Source: Candidatus Zixiibacteriota bacterium
Lineage (GTDB): Bacteria; UBP14; UBA6098; JBKHBT01
Assembly: GCA_046542255.1 (NCBI GenBank)
Contig: JBKHBT010000004.1
Location: forward strand, 13,442 to 77,441
Length of the DNA stretch: 64,000 nucleotides
Direction: 5' to 3'
Each line of letters starts with the position of its first letter. Within the stretch, counting starts at the first letter, position 1. Both the position numbers and the translations under genes were made by a program. This document shows positions 50,326 to 60,280 of this stretch, in pieces. The notes under the pieces were generated by a model. The model did no database searches. It saw nothing but the letters and a program-made list of their open reading frames with translations, and was not told the DNA's origin.

Positions 50326-50355
50326 TTGGGCTCTCCCTTCAATGGGAGGGCCCAA
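50326..50355 (+). terminator. GC-rich hairpin after cargo gene A (terminator-like, no adjacent U-tract)
   Basis: Stem TTGGGCTCTCCC, loop TTCAAT, stem GGGAGGGCCCAA (12 bp with one G-U). T-rich stretch only ~25 nt downstream. Confidence 0.3.
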
Positions 50356-50498
50356 ACCTCTAAGGGAGGTTTAATTGATTTTTATTGAAAACGGTGGTCA
50401 GGCAAGGCAGACAGGCTAACCCGAAAGGGGGAGACAGGAAAAAATGTTATCGATTTGTAAACGAGAAAAAAAAGAACTTATAAAAGGAGGAGACCAAT

Positions 50499-53400
50499 AT
50501 GAGAAAAGTGGGTTTGTCCAGAGGACTTAAGGTCCTGTTCATCCTACTGATTTTCTCGGGAGTTATTTTTGCCCAGGATTGGGCACTTCCGCTGAATTTG
50601 GTTAGTGGTGACGGAGTTGACACTATTACGGTAACACTCGGCGTTCACTATACCGCTACAGACTTATTCGATGAAGGACTGGATATGGCATTTCCGATGG
50701 CGCCACCACCGCCAGTACGTTATGCTTATTTCCCGATAGAAGACCCTGAATATCCGGGTATCAATATGCTCGGTACAGACTTTAGGGATCCAGTATCGGA
50801 ACATGAATGGGTCATTGTACTAGACCGTGACTATACATCCACTGAAAGAGAAGTGTTCTGGGATATGGAAGACCTTCCTTTCCCGGATTCACTAGAAGAT
50901 CTGCTACTTGCAGAAGAGTTGATGATTGGCGCTGCATATCCATCCGAAGAAGTACCAGATACAGCATGGGTAGATATGTCTGAAGTTGAAAGTTTCAATT
51001 TCAGCGCAGGTAAAGTTGTTCATGTCAAATTTATGCCAGAAGGCAGTATCGACATGCACCCACCAACAGTTACTGCATTCTATCCAGAAGATGGAGCTGA
51101 TGGTGTCAGAAGAGTAAGGCCAATAGAATTCAATATCCAGGACGATATTACTGGAGTCGATGAGTCTTCTATTACATTACTAATAAATGATGTCGAAGTA
51201 CCTCACGATGATTTCATTGTTATGGATCCTATTCTTAATGGTTTCCATATCGAATATCTTCCTGAAGATGACTGGCCAGAAATGGAAGATATCTGCGCAA
51301 AAATCATTGCTGCAGACCTGGCCGATCCTGTCCATGTCATGGATACATTCGAATCATGTTTCTCGACACCTTCTGAGCCGCCAGATACATTCCCACCATA
51401 TTATGAGGATCTCTCAATAGAAGACGGAGATACTCTTAATATATGGGAAAGCGTATTTATCAAGCTGCTCGATACGGAACGTGGGGTCGATGAATCTTCG
51501 ATTACTGTTACTGTCAATGGCGTTGAATATACTAATTTTGAGCTTTCTCTATTCACAGAATTCCTATATGATTATAATATAGAAATCATGCCTCCTGCGA
51601 GTGGTTGGAATCCTGGGGAGTACTATGAAGTGGTCGTTCATGGTTGTGATAGAGCAGATGAGCCCAATTGTGTAGATACAACATTTACATTCGTTGCTGG
51701 CGGCATCGAGCCACCACCATTCGAATATTCAATGTATGCTTATTCTATCGAGGGCACAGACACAACCAGAAATATGTTAAGTATCGGAACCGATCCAGAT
51801 GCTACTGAAGGTTATGACAGCGGTTATGATATCGCTTCACCATCACCTGATTTTACAACATTTGGATATTTCCCACTCTCGGATCCGACTTATCCATATG
51901 TAAATAAACTTTCAAAAGATGTTAAAAGAACTGCTCAGAGCGTTACATGGCAGATCGAATTCAATAATCCAGACGATGTCGTTGGCATTGCATGGGATAT
52001 TGATGAACTCGAAGAGATAATCGATACAATCGGTTCGATTAGAATTGGTTATGGAAATAGAGACAGCTTGCGCTGGAGAGACATGCTTCTCTATGACCAC
52101 ATCGATTTTGCTCCAGAGCATAATTGCTATATTCGTTATACGACGGTTACAACAGATACAGCTGCTCCGAGAGTATGGGGACGTGATCCTTATCCGGCAG
52201 AAGTAGATGTTCCACTTTCAACGAATATTCAATTTGATCTGTTAGATCCTGAAAGCGGCGTAGATCCAAGCTCTATCGTGCTTCGTTTCGGTACAATTGG
52301 TGGCTCACTCACAACGGTAGATCCCGAAGATTATACACTCGAAATGTTACCAACAGGCTACAGAGTGGTTTATGATAGACCTGGAATGCTCAACTATAAT
52401 ACAACATACGTAGTTAGAGTTACAGCTTCCGATGAAGCCCCATCAGCAAATTCCGCAACTCATGAATGGCAGTTCACCACAACGACTACTTGTGCTCCTA
52501 TGTTTGAGAGCCCACTTAGCTTGACCGATGGTGAAGATGATATTTCATTAGTTATCGGAACAGATGACGATGCATTGGTTGGCCGCGATGACATGGATGT
52601 ACCAATTCCAGTCGCACCACCAAGCGGATTCTTCGCATATTTCCCAATTGAAGACGATCCTATTTATGACATGCTTTCAACCGATATCAGGCCAAATTGC
52701 GCAGGAGAACAGGTTTGGGAGATCATTAAAGACCGAGCAGACGGCCCAGTTACAATTTCTTGGGATACCGAAGATATCTTTTTCGATGAGGAATGGCAAC
52801 TAAGAGTTGCAGCCGCTGCAATTGGCGAAGAACCAGAACATGCCGATTATGAAACTATAATGACCGAAGTTGACGAATTCACTTTTGCCGCTGGCGAAAA
52901 TGCATTCATCAAACTCGGTATTTGGGACACAACAGAATCTTACTGCATAAATGGAAGCGTTTCTCTATGGGGAAGCGATTCTACGACAATCGTAAATGTC
53001 AGTGTTGCTCCTATTGGCGTAACATACGACTCACCACCAGGCGGCGGCCCATTCGAGGTTTGTCACCTGCCAAATGATACAGAATATACATTAGTGCTCT
53101 CCGCAGAAGGCTATGTACCAGAAACATTGTCTGTTTACATTTCCGGTGAAGACTACATAATTGCCGACCCAATCGAACTCAGGCCTCCGGGAACATTTGT
53201 TCACGGTACGGTTATGGTCGAAGGTGAAGATGCTCCAGGTATAAGCATACTTCTAGGTGAAGATGCTACTGTTACAAGAGCCGATGGTTCCTGGGCAATC
53301 GATAATGTCCTTCCTGATGTAGATATGATATGCTATTCCGGATTTGGTCTTGGATATCCAGATACATGCGAAGAAATCGATGTTACCGGTGAAGACACTG

Positions 53401-55229
53401 TATATGTCGAATTCGATTATGTTGCTCCTTCACTAAGAGTATATGGAACAGTTAGCTTAGATGGCGAACTGACCGAAGGTGTCGATATCTATAGATGCGG
53501 TGAAGATACACCGATTGCAACTTCCGATTCACTCGGAAACTACGAAATCATCGATGTAGAAGTCGGGCCACATTGCCTCGTAGCTCGCTACCCAGGTTAT
53601 GATGACCATGAAGAGAGCTTCTATGTTACCGATAATACCGAAATTGATTTCAACCTTATTCCTGGTGACATCACAATCAGCGGAACAGTCTCAAATGACT
53701 GTAGCGAAGATGTAGCAGGTCTGACTGTTGAAATTTCCGGCCCAGCACCATCTGTCTATCTCGGACCCGATGGTTCCTATGAATTTGAAGGACTCGACTG
53801 GGGCGAATATACAATTTCAGTTATCGGCGAATATCATGCAATGACCGAAACAACAGTTACCACAGAAGGTGATATGGTAGTCGATATTACTGCTCCATGT
53901 CTCCCATGTGTTACAAGTTTCACAGTTGTTGCAGCAGAGCTTGAGCGTCCGCTCGAAGGTGATGAAGAACTTAACAATACAATCACCTGGGCAGCTCCTG
54001 TAACAGATGTTCCAGTAGATCATTATGAACTCTATCGAAATGGAACAATGTATGCAGCAGATATTCCATCTGATACAGAAGAATATATCGATACAGATGT
54101 CGATGCTGATGCAAGATATGACTATTACTTAGTAGTAATCTATGATGTAGAAGGCGAATACAATTACAGCATGGATTGTGCTTCAGGTTCCGGAACACCA
54201 ACCATGACTCCTGATATGAATGCAATTCTTATCATAGACTATGATGGTGAAGCAACACCACTCAGCGATGGCACAGTCGCTACTGAAGTTGCTATGGAGA
54301 ACCTGCTTCTTAGCCCATCGTTAGCTATGGAAGATGTCGGTATCACAATCACCGATCAGAATCCTCCAGACCTCAATGGTTATGAACTTGCCGACTATGA
54401 CTTCGTTATTGTCGAGCTTGGTATCAGAGATTCTGATGATGACCTTATGACTGATGATGTTTGTGAGGACCTCAATGCATATGCAGATATGGATAGGCCA
54501 GGCGGAACAGCTATTTTAGTCGAAGGCCCTGACTTTGGTATGAACTATGGTTCTGCCAGTGGCGTTCAGAGAGACTTCTTCAATAAATTTGGTATCAGCC
54601 ATAGTGCAAGCCACGATGGAAGTGATGAGACCGAAGGTAATGTCGACTCATTATTCATCTCCAGGTCATTTGCACATTTCGAGCCATATGGTACATATGC
54701 TTATCGAACAGAAGCCGACAGATTTGTTGACGACTTCACAGCAGAAACAGCAATTCCATTTGTATATGGAAATGATATGCTCGTTCGTGCAACAGAGAAA
54801 GTTGTCGATGGCAATAATTATAGATTTGCTTCTGCAATCTATACGGCTGCTGTCTCAGGAAGCTATGGCTCAACAGAAATGGCTCATAGAATTATTGGCC
54901 ATTATTTGAACCGTGTAGGCATAGCTAATGAAGCTATCACAGAAGTCGAAGTTACAAAGGCACCTGAATCATTCGAGATTAGCAGAGTCTATCCGAATCC
55001 ATTCAACCCGGCAACAACGATTGAGTTCGATGTTTCTGAAGATGCCAATGTAACTCTCGAAGTTTACGATGTTACCGGTAATCTGGTAAGAACTCTCGTA
55101 GAACAGCACATGACAACCGGCAAATACAATGTTGACTTTAATGCCAGTGGACTGGCATCTGGAACATACTTTGTCAAACTGGATGTTAATGGCAAGACAG
55201 TTACAAATAAACTGATGTTCATGAAATAA
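50499..55229 (+). CDS. giant (1576-aa) acidic T9SS cargo protein B of a modular paralog family
   Basis: Signal peptide ending IFA, then QDW. Three copies of a novel ~140-aa module (cores at 50682-50756, 51825-51899, 52587-52667). Ig-like Big_5/SbsA-type domains. Four carboxypeptidase-regulatory-like domains. FN3-like domain. Alpha/beta module (LIIDYDG ... FVIVELG ... ILVEGPDFG). T9SS CTD (YPNPFNPATTIEFDV ... GTYFVKLDVNGKTVTNKLMFMK). RBS AAGGAGGAG. Confidence 0.9.
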   Translation: MRKVGLSRGLKVLFILLIFSGVIFAQDWALPLNLVSGDGVDTITVTLGVHYTATDLFDEGLDMAFPMAPPPPVRYAYFPIEDPEYPGINMLGTDFRDPVSEHEWVIVLDRDYTSTEREVFWDMEDLPFPDSLEDLLLAEELMIGAAYPSEEVPDTAWVDMSEVESFNFSAGKVVHVKFMPEGSIDMHPPTVTAFYPEDGADGVRRVRPIEFNIQDDITGVDESSITLLINDVEVPHDDFIVMDPILNGFHIEYLPEDDWPEMEDICAKIIAADLADPVHVMDTFESCFSTPSEPPDTFPPYYEDLSIEDGDTLNIWESVFIKLLDTERGVDESSITVTVNGVEYTNFELSLFTEFLYDYNIEIMPPASGWNPGEYYEVVVHGCDRADEPNCVDTTFTFVAGGIEPPPFEYSMYAYSIEGTDTTRNMLSIGTDPDATEGYDSGYDIASPSPDFTTFGYFPLSDPTYPYVNKLSKDVKRTAQSVTWQIEFNNPDDVVGIAWDIDELEEIIDTIGSIRIGYGNRDSLRWRDMLLYDHIDFAPEHNCYIRYTTVTTDTAAPRVWGRDPYPAEVDVPLSTNIQFDLLDPESGVDPSSIVLRFGTIGGSLTTVDPEDYTLEMLPTGYRVVYDRPGMLNYNTTYVVRVTASDEAPSANSATHEWQFTTTTTCAPMFESPLSLTDGEDDISLVIGTDDDALVGRDDMDVPIPVAPPSGFFAYFPIEDDPIYDMLSTDIRPNCAGEQVWEIIKDRADGPVTISWDTEDIFFDEEWQLRVAAAAIGEEPEHADYETIMTEVDEFTFAAGENAFIKLGIWDTTESYCINGSVSLWGSDSTTIVNVSVAPIGVTYDSPPGGGPFEVCHLPNDTEYTLVLSAEGYVPETLSVYISGEDYIIADPIELRPPGTFVHGTVMVEGEDAPGISILLGEDATVTRADGSWAIDNVLPDVDMICYSGFGLGYPDTCEEIDVTGEDTVYVEFDYVAPSLRVYGTVSLDGELTEGVDIYRCGEDTPIATSDSLGNYEIIDVEVGPHCLVARYPGYDDHEESFYVTDNTEIDFNLIPGDITISGTVSNDCSEDVAGLTVEISGPAPSVYLGPDGSYEFEGLDWGEYTISVIGEYHAMTETTVTTEGDMVVDITAPCLPCVTSFTVVAAELERPLEGDEELNNTITWAAPVTDVPVDHYELYRNGTMYAADIPSDTEEYIDTDVDADARYDYYLVVIYDVEGEYNYSMDCASGSGTPTMTPDMNAILIIDYDGEATPLSDGTVATEVAMENLLLSPSLAMEDVGITITDQNPPDLNGYELADYDFVIVELGIRDSDDDLMTDDVCEDLNAYADMDRPGGTAILVEGPDFGMNYGSASGVQRDFFNKFGISHSASHDGSDETEGNVDSLFISRSFAHFEPYGTYAYRTEADRFVDDFTAETAIPFVYGNDMLVRATEKVVDGNNYRFASAIYTAAVSGSYGSTEMAHRIIGHYLNRVGIANEAITEVEVTKAPESFEISRVYPNPFNPATTIEFDVSEDANVTLEVYDVTGNLVRTLVEQHMTTGKYNVDFNASGLASGTYFVKLDVNGKTVTNKLMFMK

Positions 55230-55252
55230 TATCAGTTAAATATACATTTAGA

Positions 55253-55284
55253 AGCCCTCCTCTTAGCAGGAGGGCTTTTTTTTT
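55253..55284 (+). terminator. rho-independent terminator after cargo gene B
   Basis: Stem AGCCCTCCT, loop CTTAGC, stem AGGAGGGCT, followed by 9 T. Confidence 0.8.
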
Positions 55285-55513
55285 GACAAAATACAGAAGA
55301 ATATGAAAAAAAGACTTGCAATAATCATAAAAATGCCTATAAATTAAGCATATGCAGTTGAATATCTGTAGTTAATTCTTATGTGCATCATAGAGAAGTA
55401 AGTAAATAAAGGATTTGGAACGATAAAATTATTGATATGAAAAATAAATTGATATTTGATAAAAAAGGATATATATTACATAAAAATAAACTCTTAATAT
55501 GGAGGGCAGATAG

Positions 55514-58500
55514 ATGATTAGGAAATTAACTTTCTTATCTGTGATTATCTTAGCATTATGTGTTTATGCTCAAGATTGGACTATGCCACTTATGATTTAT
55601 AGCGGTGATATGGCCGATACTGTTACAGTATCCTTTGGCATCGATTACCGTGCAAGTGATAACCATGACACTGGAATCGACCTGGCATTTCCAGTTGCTC
55701 CGCCTTCTGGAATGTATGCCTATTTTCCAGTGTCAGACCCGGACCATCCCGGCATAGACATGCTTGCATCCGATATACGAAGCTCGTATTCGGAATTCGA
55801 AGAATGGGAGCTTCACATAGAACGTGATATGTCTTCAGGAACCAGAATTGTGGTATGGAATGAAGAAGATTTGCCCATAGAAGAAAGTCTCCTTCTCGCA
55901 TGGGCGGATGAGCTTCTTATTGGAAGCGCATATCCCGGCGACTCAGTTGAAGAATGGACAAGTATGCTTTCGGCTTCAATGATTGAACCATTGGCAGGCG
56001 AAATTGTTTGGATTAGAGCAACTATGTCACCAGAATACAATATGCCGCCAGAGATAACTGAATTTATTCCCTATGAAGATGCCGTTGAGATCGGAGTGGA
56101 CGAGCCTATCGAATTCACGATTGTCGATGATACTCTCGATGTCGAGATTACAAGCCTTACTATAATCGTAAATGGCGATTTGGTCGAATACGAAGATTTC
56201 GAATATAGCCCTGTTCTCCATGGATATGAAGTTTCGTATATTCCTGATGAGGGATGGGAACCGGCTACAGAATATTGCATAGATATTGTCGCACAGGATA
56301 TTGCAAGCCCTCCTGCTATTATGGATACTTTTCATAGATGTTTCACCACAGAAGATATGTATCCGGATACATTGGCACCGTATTATCAGAGAGCATCTAT
56401 CGAAGATGGTGCAGAAAATGTCTTTGTCTATCAGCATTTGAATCTCGAAATCCGAGACTTAGAAGCCGGTGTCGATAATGGTTCTATCGATGTTTATGTT
56501 AATGATGAAAGATATACCAATATTATAATTGCCAATATTCCCGGGCATGCACATGATTATAATCTCGATGTGATTCCGCCAGAATATGGTTGGGAACTTT
56601 GCACGCCATACGAGATAACAATCGAAGCATGTGATTTATCCAGCGATATAAATTGCTCGACACATTCCATATCGTTTACAACAACCTGCGACCCAATGGG
56701 AGAATGGACATATCGACTAAAGACCTGGATCGTCAATGATGATGATACATTGCATAATTTTCTTACTATCGGCACAAATTCCGAAGCTACAGAAATGTAT
56801 GACCACGGAATCGATGTCCCCATTACAATGCCCGAGTTTGCAAGCTATGGCTATCTTCCTATCGATGACCCGGAATATCCTATGTATAGAAGACTACAAA
56901 ACGATATTAGAAGAAATGCTGAAAGGATAACCTGGCAAATTAACTATCACAACCCAATCGACAATTGCGGTATCGATTGGAATGTAAGTGAATTATATGA
57001 TCTCGAAGACATTCTCGGCGGCGAATTCAAGATTGGCTATGGAACCGATACGCGACATATTTCATGGTTCGATATGACCCATACAAATCGGCTTACATTC
57101 GACCCGGGCGAAATTGTCCTTATCAAATATGAATATGGAAGCACAGATACCCTGCCACCTGAATTCACCAATATTAGTCCAGAACCTTCTGAACTGGAAC
57201 TGGGAATGCCGGAAATTACCGATTTTTCAGTTGATATTGTCGATGCCGAAAGCGGCGTGGATGCATCGAGTATTGCGATGTATATCAATGATGAGATGGT
57301 CGAGCCGGAATATCTTGCGATGTCGCTTCTTTCTCGTGGTTTCAGAGTAACATATACGCCGCCCGAACCACTCGGTTACGAAGTTTACGATTTCAGAGTA
57401 GAGGCCTGCGACAATAATCGCCCGGCCGGAAATTGTGGCGAATATGAATGGACTTATGACCTTATTCCATGCCTTCCAGAATTTGGCCTTGATTTCCAGG
57501 TATTCGATATAAATACCCATGGCGATACATTGTCGAATGCAACACTGCGTATTGGGATCGATGAGGATGCCCTTGTCGGCCGCGATGATTTCGATTCTCC
57601 GACATTCAGGCCACCAACGGGGACTTTCTTTTATATGCCAATCGATGATGAAGCCTATGATTACCTCGGCGCTGATTTCCGTCCTGCTTGCGATAGCGCA
57701 CAGATATGGCATATCATTAACCAGGGTGTTACGGGCGGAAGAATGCGTATTTCATGGGATCGTGATGAAGTTTTCGAAGACGATAGATGGGAATTAGGTA
57801 TAGTAGCTGGCCCTATTGGCGGCGATGTACCAGAAGATGAAGAATTCATTAGCATGTCGAGTAATGATTACTTTACCTATGCTGCTTCACAGACCGTCTA
57901 TATCAAAACTCTACCTTATATTCCACCGACTTTCTGTCTGACAGGCTCTGTAAGTTTCTGTGCCGATTCGACAACACGGCCAACACTCTATATATCCGAG
58001 CTTGGATATGAAGAGATATTACCTGACGGTGGGGGAGATTTCGAGATATGTAATCTACACAATGGCATCTACGAGGTCATTATCGCTGCTGAAGGATATG
58101 ATTCTGCTACATATATCATTGAGATCGATGGTGATGACTATGCTATGGAAGGCCATCAGTTCTGCAATCGGGTCAATCTAAATGGTAGCCTGAGTTTGGA
58201 TGACGAAGTTATGCCTTATGCGCCTGTTTCATTGGATGGCATAGTTGACACAACAAATGTCGATGGAGAATTCGCTTTCGAAAACATGATTCCTGGAACA
58301 TATGAGATCTGCTTCTCTGCCCTTGGGGTTTGCTATCCAGACACATGTTTCGATATTGTAATAGATTCGGATATGGAATTAGATTTTAACTATGAAAGCC
58401 CATCTTTGAATATTACAGGGCATATTGAATACGATAGCATCCCGGCAGAAGGCGCTATGATATATCTTTGCGATAGCCCCGGAATTGTTGTCGCTGAAAC

Positions 58501-60160
58501 CGATGAATTCGGAAACTATCTCATAGAGGAGATAGCATGTGGTACACAGTGTTTCGAAATCCATTATGAAGATTTCCCAGTGCTGGATACATCGCTGTTC
58601 GTTCATACTGACACTATTGTCGATATCGAATATTTCGGAGATTACAATTACGATATTTCAGGAAGTATCACATTGGACTGCGGATATACGCCATTCGGAA
58701 CTATTATCGAAATTGGCGATGAGTCGGCTGTGGCTGATTCATTCGGTGATTTCGAATTTGAAGATATTCCAATGGGTGAATATGAAATGCAGATAACTCG
58801 TGAATATGCAGCAACGATAGATACAATAATAAACCTTGAAAGCGATACTTCACTGGCATTTATGATGCAATGCCTTCCAGAAGTAGCAGATATCGATGTC
58901 GAAGGTTTCGATATCGAAAGGCCATATGAATCCGGCGAATTCAATATCCATGTATCATGGGAAGCTCCTATAACAGATGTCGAGATAGAGAGCTATAATA
59001 TTTATCGTTCAGAAAGCTACTTTGCAAGGCCAGAGGACGGCACTCTGATAGCCACGCTCGATTCTGTAATCGATTTCTACGATAGGGATATATCTCCTGA
59101 TGTGAGTTATTTCTACGGGATCGAAGTTACATATGCTGTCGAACCATATAATGGTAAATTCTCAGATGTGGAGCACGATATGTCAACGGTTTCACCTGAC
59201 CCCAATGAATTATTGATAATCGACTTCGATGATGGCGCTACGCCAATCGATGGTTCTGGCGCAGAAGCTGCTATGCTGGATCTTATGGAATCACCGGCAC
59301 TCGGCTATGATGGCGGTATAACTATTACATCGCAGAATCCCGAGAACCTCGATGGCTATATGCTGGATGATTATGATATCGTATTCGTCGAACTTGGCAT
59401 CGATGATGACGATAATCCTTTGATGCCTGTCTCGATTGTCGATCAGCTTCTTGATTTCATAGATGGTAGCGGTTTGATTTACGTTGAAGGGCCGGATTTT
59501 GGCAAGCTATATCGAGAAGCTGGCGGCGACTATGAAGAATTCTTCCGCGCATTTGGCATCGGTTGGGCAGCTTCTTCAGATGGTTACGATGAAGGTATTG
59601 GCAATGTCGAATCGATTATTGGCTTCGAATCCTTCTTTGGCGATGAAATATCAGCATCTTATGCTACGCATACTCCTGCCGACCGCTCTGTCGATGAGCT
59701 TAGGCCTATGGAAGCATCCGAAATCATAACATCACAGAATGATTCCAAAACAAGGACTACATACTATCAGGACGGCGGAATGCAGCTTATAGCATCTTCG
59801 ATATACCTGACCGCTGTTCAGGGAAGAGCCACGCAGGCACAGATCATGGGTAGATATCTTGGAATCGATAATATTCAGGAGAATGAGATCGCAGTACCTG
59901 AAGATATAACAGTTGACATTGCGCCAAATCCCTTCAATCCGATTACCAGCATTAATGTCAAATTGGCAAATACTGCCGAGACAGTTTTGGAGATCTATGA
60001 TATCAATGGAAAGAAGATCACTACCATATTTGAAGGCAAATTACCAGCAGGAAACCATATCTTTGACTTCGATGGCAGAGAACTTTCCTCAGGTATCTAT
60101 TTTGCCAATGTCAAAACAAATGAAGATATTATATCCATGAGAATGATACTTATCAAATAG
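55514..60160 (+). CDS. giant (1548-aa) acidic T9SS cargo protein C, paralog of B
   Basis: Signal peptide ending VYA, then QDW. Same domain order as B. Module cores at 55679-55750, 56807-56887, 57587-57664. Alpha/beta module LLIIDFDDG ... IVFVELG ... LIYVEGPDFG. CTD APNPFNPITSINVKL ... SGIYFANVKTNEDIISMRMILIK. Confidence 0.9.
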   Translation: MIRKLTFLSVIILALCVYAQDWTMPLMIYSGDMADTVTVSFGIDYRASDNHDTGIDLAFPVAPPSGMYAYFPVSDPDHPGIDMLASDIRSSYSEFEEWELHIERDMSSGTRIVVWNEEDLPIEESLLLAWADELLIGSAYPGDSVEEWTSMLSASMIEPLAGEIVWIRATMSPEYNMPPEITEFIPYEDAVEIGVDEPIEFTIVDDTLDVEITSLTIIVNGDLVEYEDFEYSPVLHGYEVSYIPDEGWEPATEYCIDIVAQDIASPPAIMDTFHRCFTTEDMYPDTLAPYYQRASIEDGAENVFVYQHLNLEIRDLEAGVDNGSIDVYVNDERYTNIIIANIPGHAHDYNLDVIPPEYGWELCTPYEITIEACDLSSDINCSTHSISFTTTCDPMGEWTYRLKTWIVNDDDTLHNFLTIGTNSEATEMYDHGIDVPITMPEFASYGYLPIDDPEYPMYRRLQNDIRRNAERITWQINYHNPIDNCGIDWNVSELYDLEDILGGEFKIGYGTDTRHISWFDMTHTNRLTFDPGEIVLIKYEYGSTDTLPPEFTNISPEPSELELGMPEITDFSVDIVDAESGVDASSIAMYINDEMVEPEYLAMSLLSRGFRVTYTPPEPLGYEVYDFRVEACDNNRPAGNCGEYEWTYDLIPCLPEFGLDFQVFDINTHGDTLSNATLRIGIDEDALVGRDDFDSPTFRPPTGTFFYMPIDDEAYDYLGADFRPACDSAQIWHIINQGVTGGRMRISWDRDEVFEDDRWELGIVAGPIGGDVPEDEEFISMSSNDYFTYAASQTVYIKTLPYIPPTFCLTGSVSFCADSTTRPTLYISELGYEEILPDGGGDFEICNLHNGIYEVIIAAEGYDSATYIIEIDGDDYAMEGHQFCNRVNLNGSLSLDDEVMPYAPVSLDGIVDTTNVDGEFAFENMIPGTYEICFSALGVCYPDTCFDIVIDSDMELDFNYESPSLNITGHIEYDSIPAEGAMIYLCDSPGIVVAETDEFGNYLIEEIACGTQCFEIHYEDFPVLDTSLFVHTDTIVDIEYFGDYNYDISGSITLDCGYTPFGTIIEIGDESAVADSFGDFEFEDIPMGEYEMQITREYAATIDTIINLESDTSLAFMMQCLPEVADIDVEGFDIERPYESGEFNIHVSWEAPITDVEIESYNIYRSESYFARPEDGTLIATLDSVIDFYDRDISPDVSYFYGIEVTYAVEPYNGKFSDVEHDMSTVSPDPNELLIIDFDDGATPIDGSGAEAAMLDLMESPALGYDGGITITSQNPENLDGYMLDDYDIVFVELGIDDDDNPLMPVSIVDQLLDFIDGSGLIYVEGPDFGKLYREAGGDYEEFFRAFGIGWAASSDGYDEGIGNVESIIGFESFFGDEISASYATHTPADRSVDELRPMEASEIITSQNDSKTRTTYYQDGGMQLIASSIYLTAVQGRATQAQIMGRYLGIDNIQENEIAVPEDITVDIAPNPFNPITSINVKLANTAETVLEIYDINGKKITTIFEGKLPAGNHIFDFDGRELSSGIYFANVKTNEDIISMRMILIK

Positions 60161-60188
60161 CAAAGAATCTTCAAAGAAATCATAAAAA

Positions 60189-60220
60189 GGGTTGCTCTAA
60201 TTGCGAGTAGCCCTTTTTTT
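60189..60220 (+). terminator. rho-independent terminator after cargo gene C
   Basis: Stem GGGTTGCTC, loop TAATTGC, stem GAGTAGCCC (with G-U pairs), then T7. TATAAT-like element at 60224-60229 immediately downstream. Confidence 0.6.
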
Positions 60221-60280
60221 GTATATAATGGCTCTATTGCCATCAAAAAAGAAATTCAATTTATTGCTCTGGAGGGCAAA

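Noticed and set aside
54210-54960. Assigning the pre-CTD alpha/beta module to gingipain-like peptidase C25
   Set aside because: The C paralog has no Cys in this segment, and the B paralog has no conserved His/Cys pair at equivalent positions. Only the general beta-alpha-beta strand pattern resembles it. It is left as an unknown alpha/beta module.
41132-60160. HExxH zinc-metalloprotease, RTX (GGxGxD) or cadherin (DxNDN) motifs in the giant proteins
   Set aside because: Scanned by eye. His-Glu pairs occur (HHEID, HEWYED), but none fit HExxH with a downstream third ligand. No nonapeptide calcium repeats were seen.
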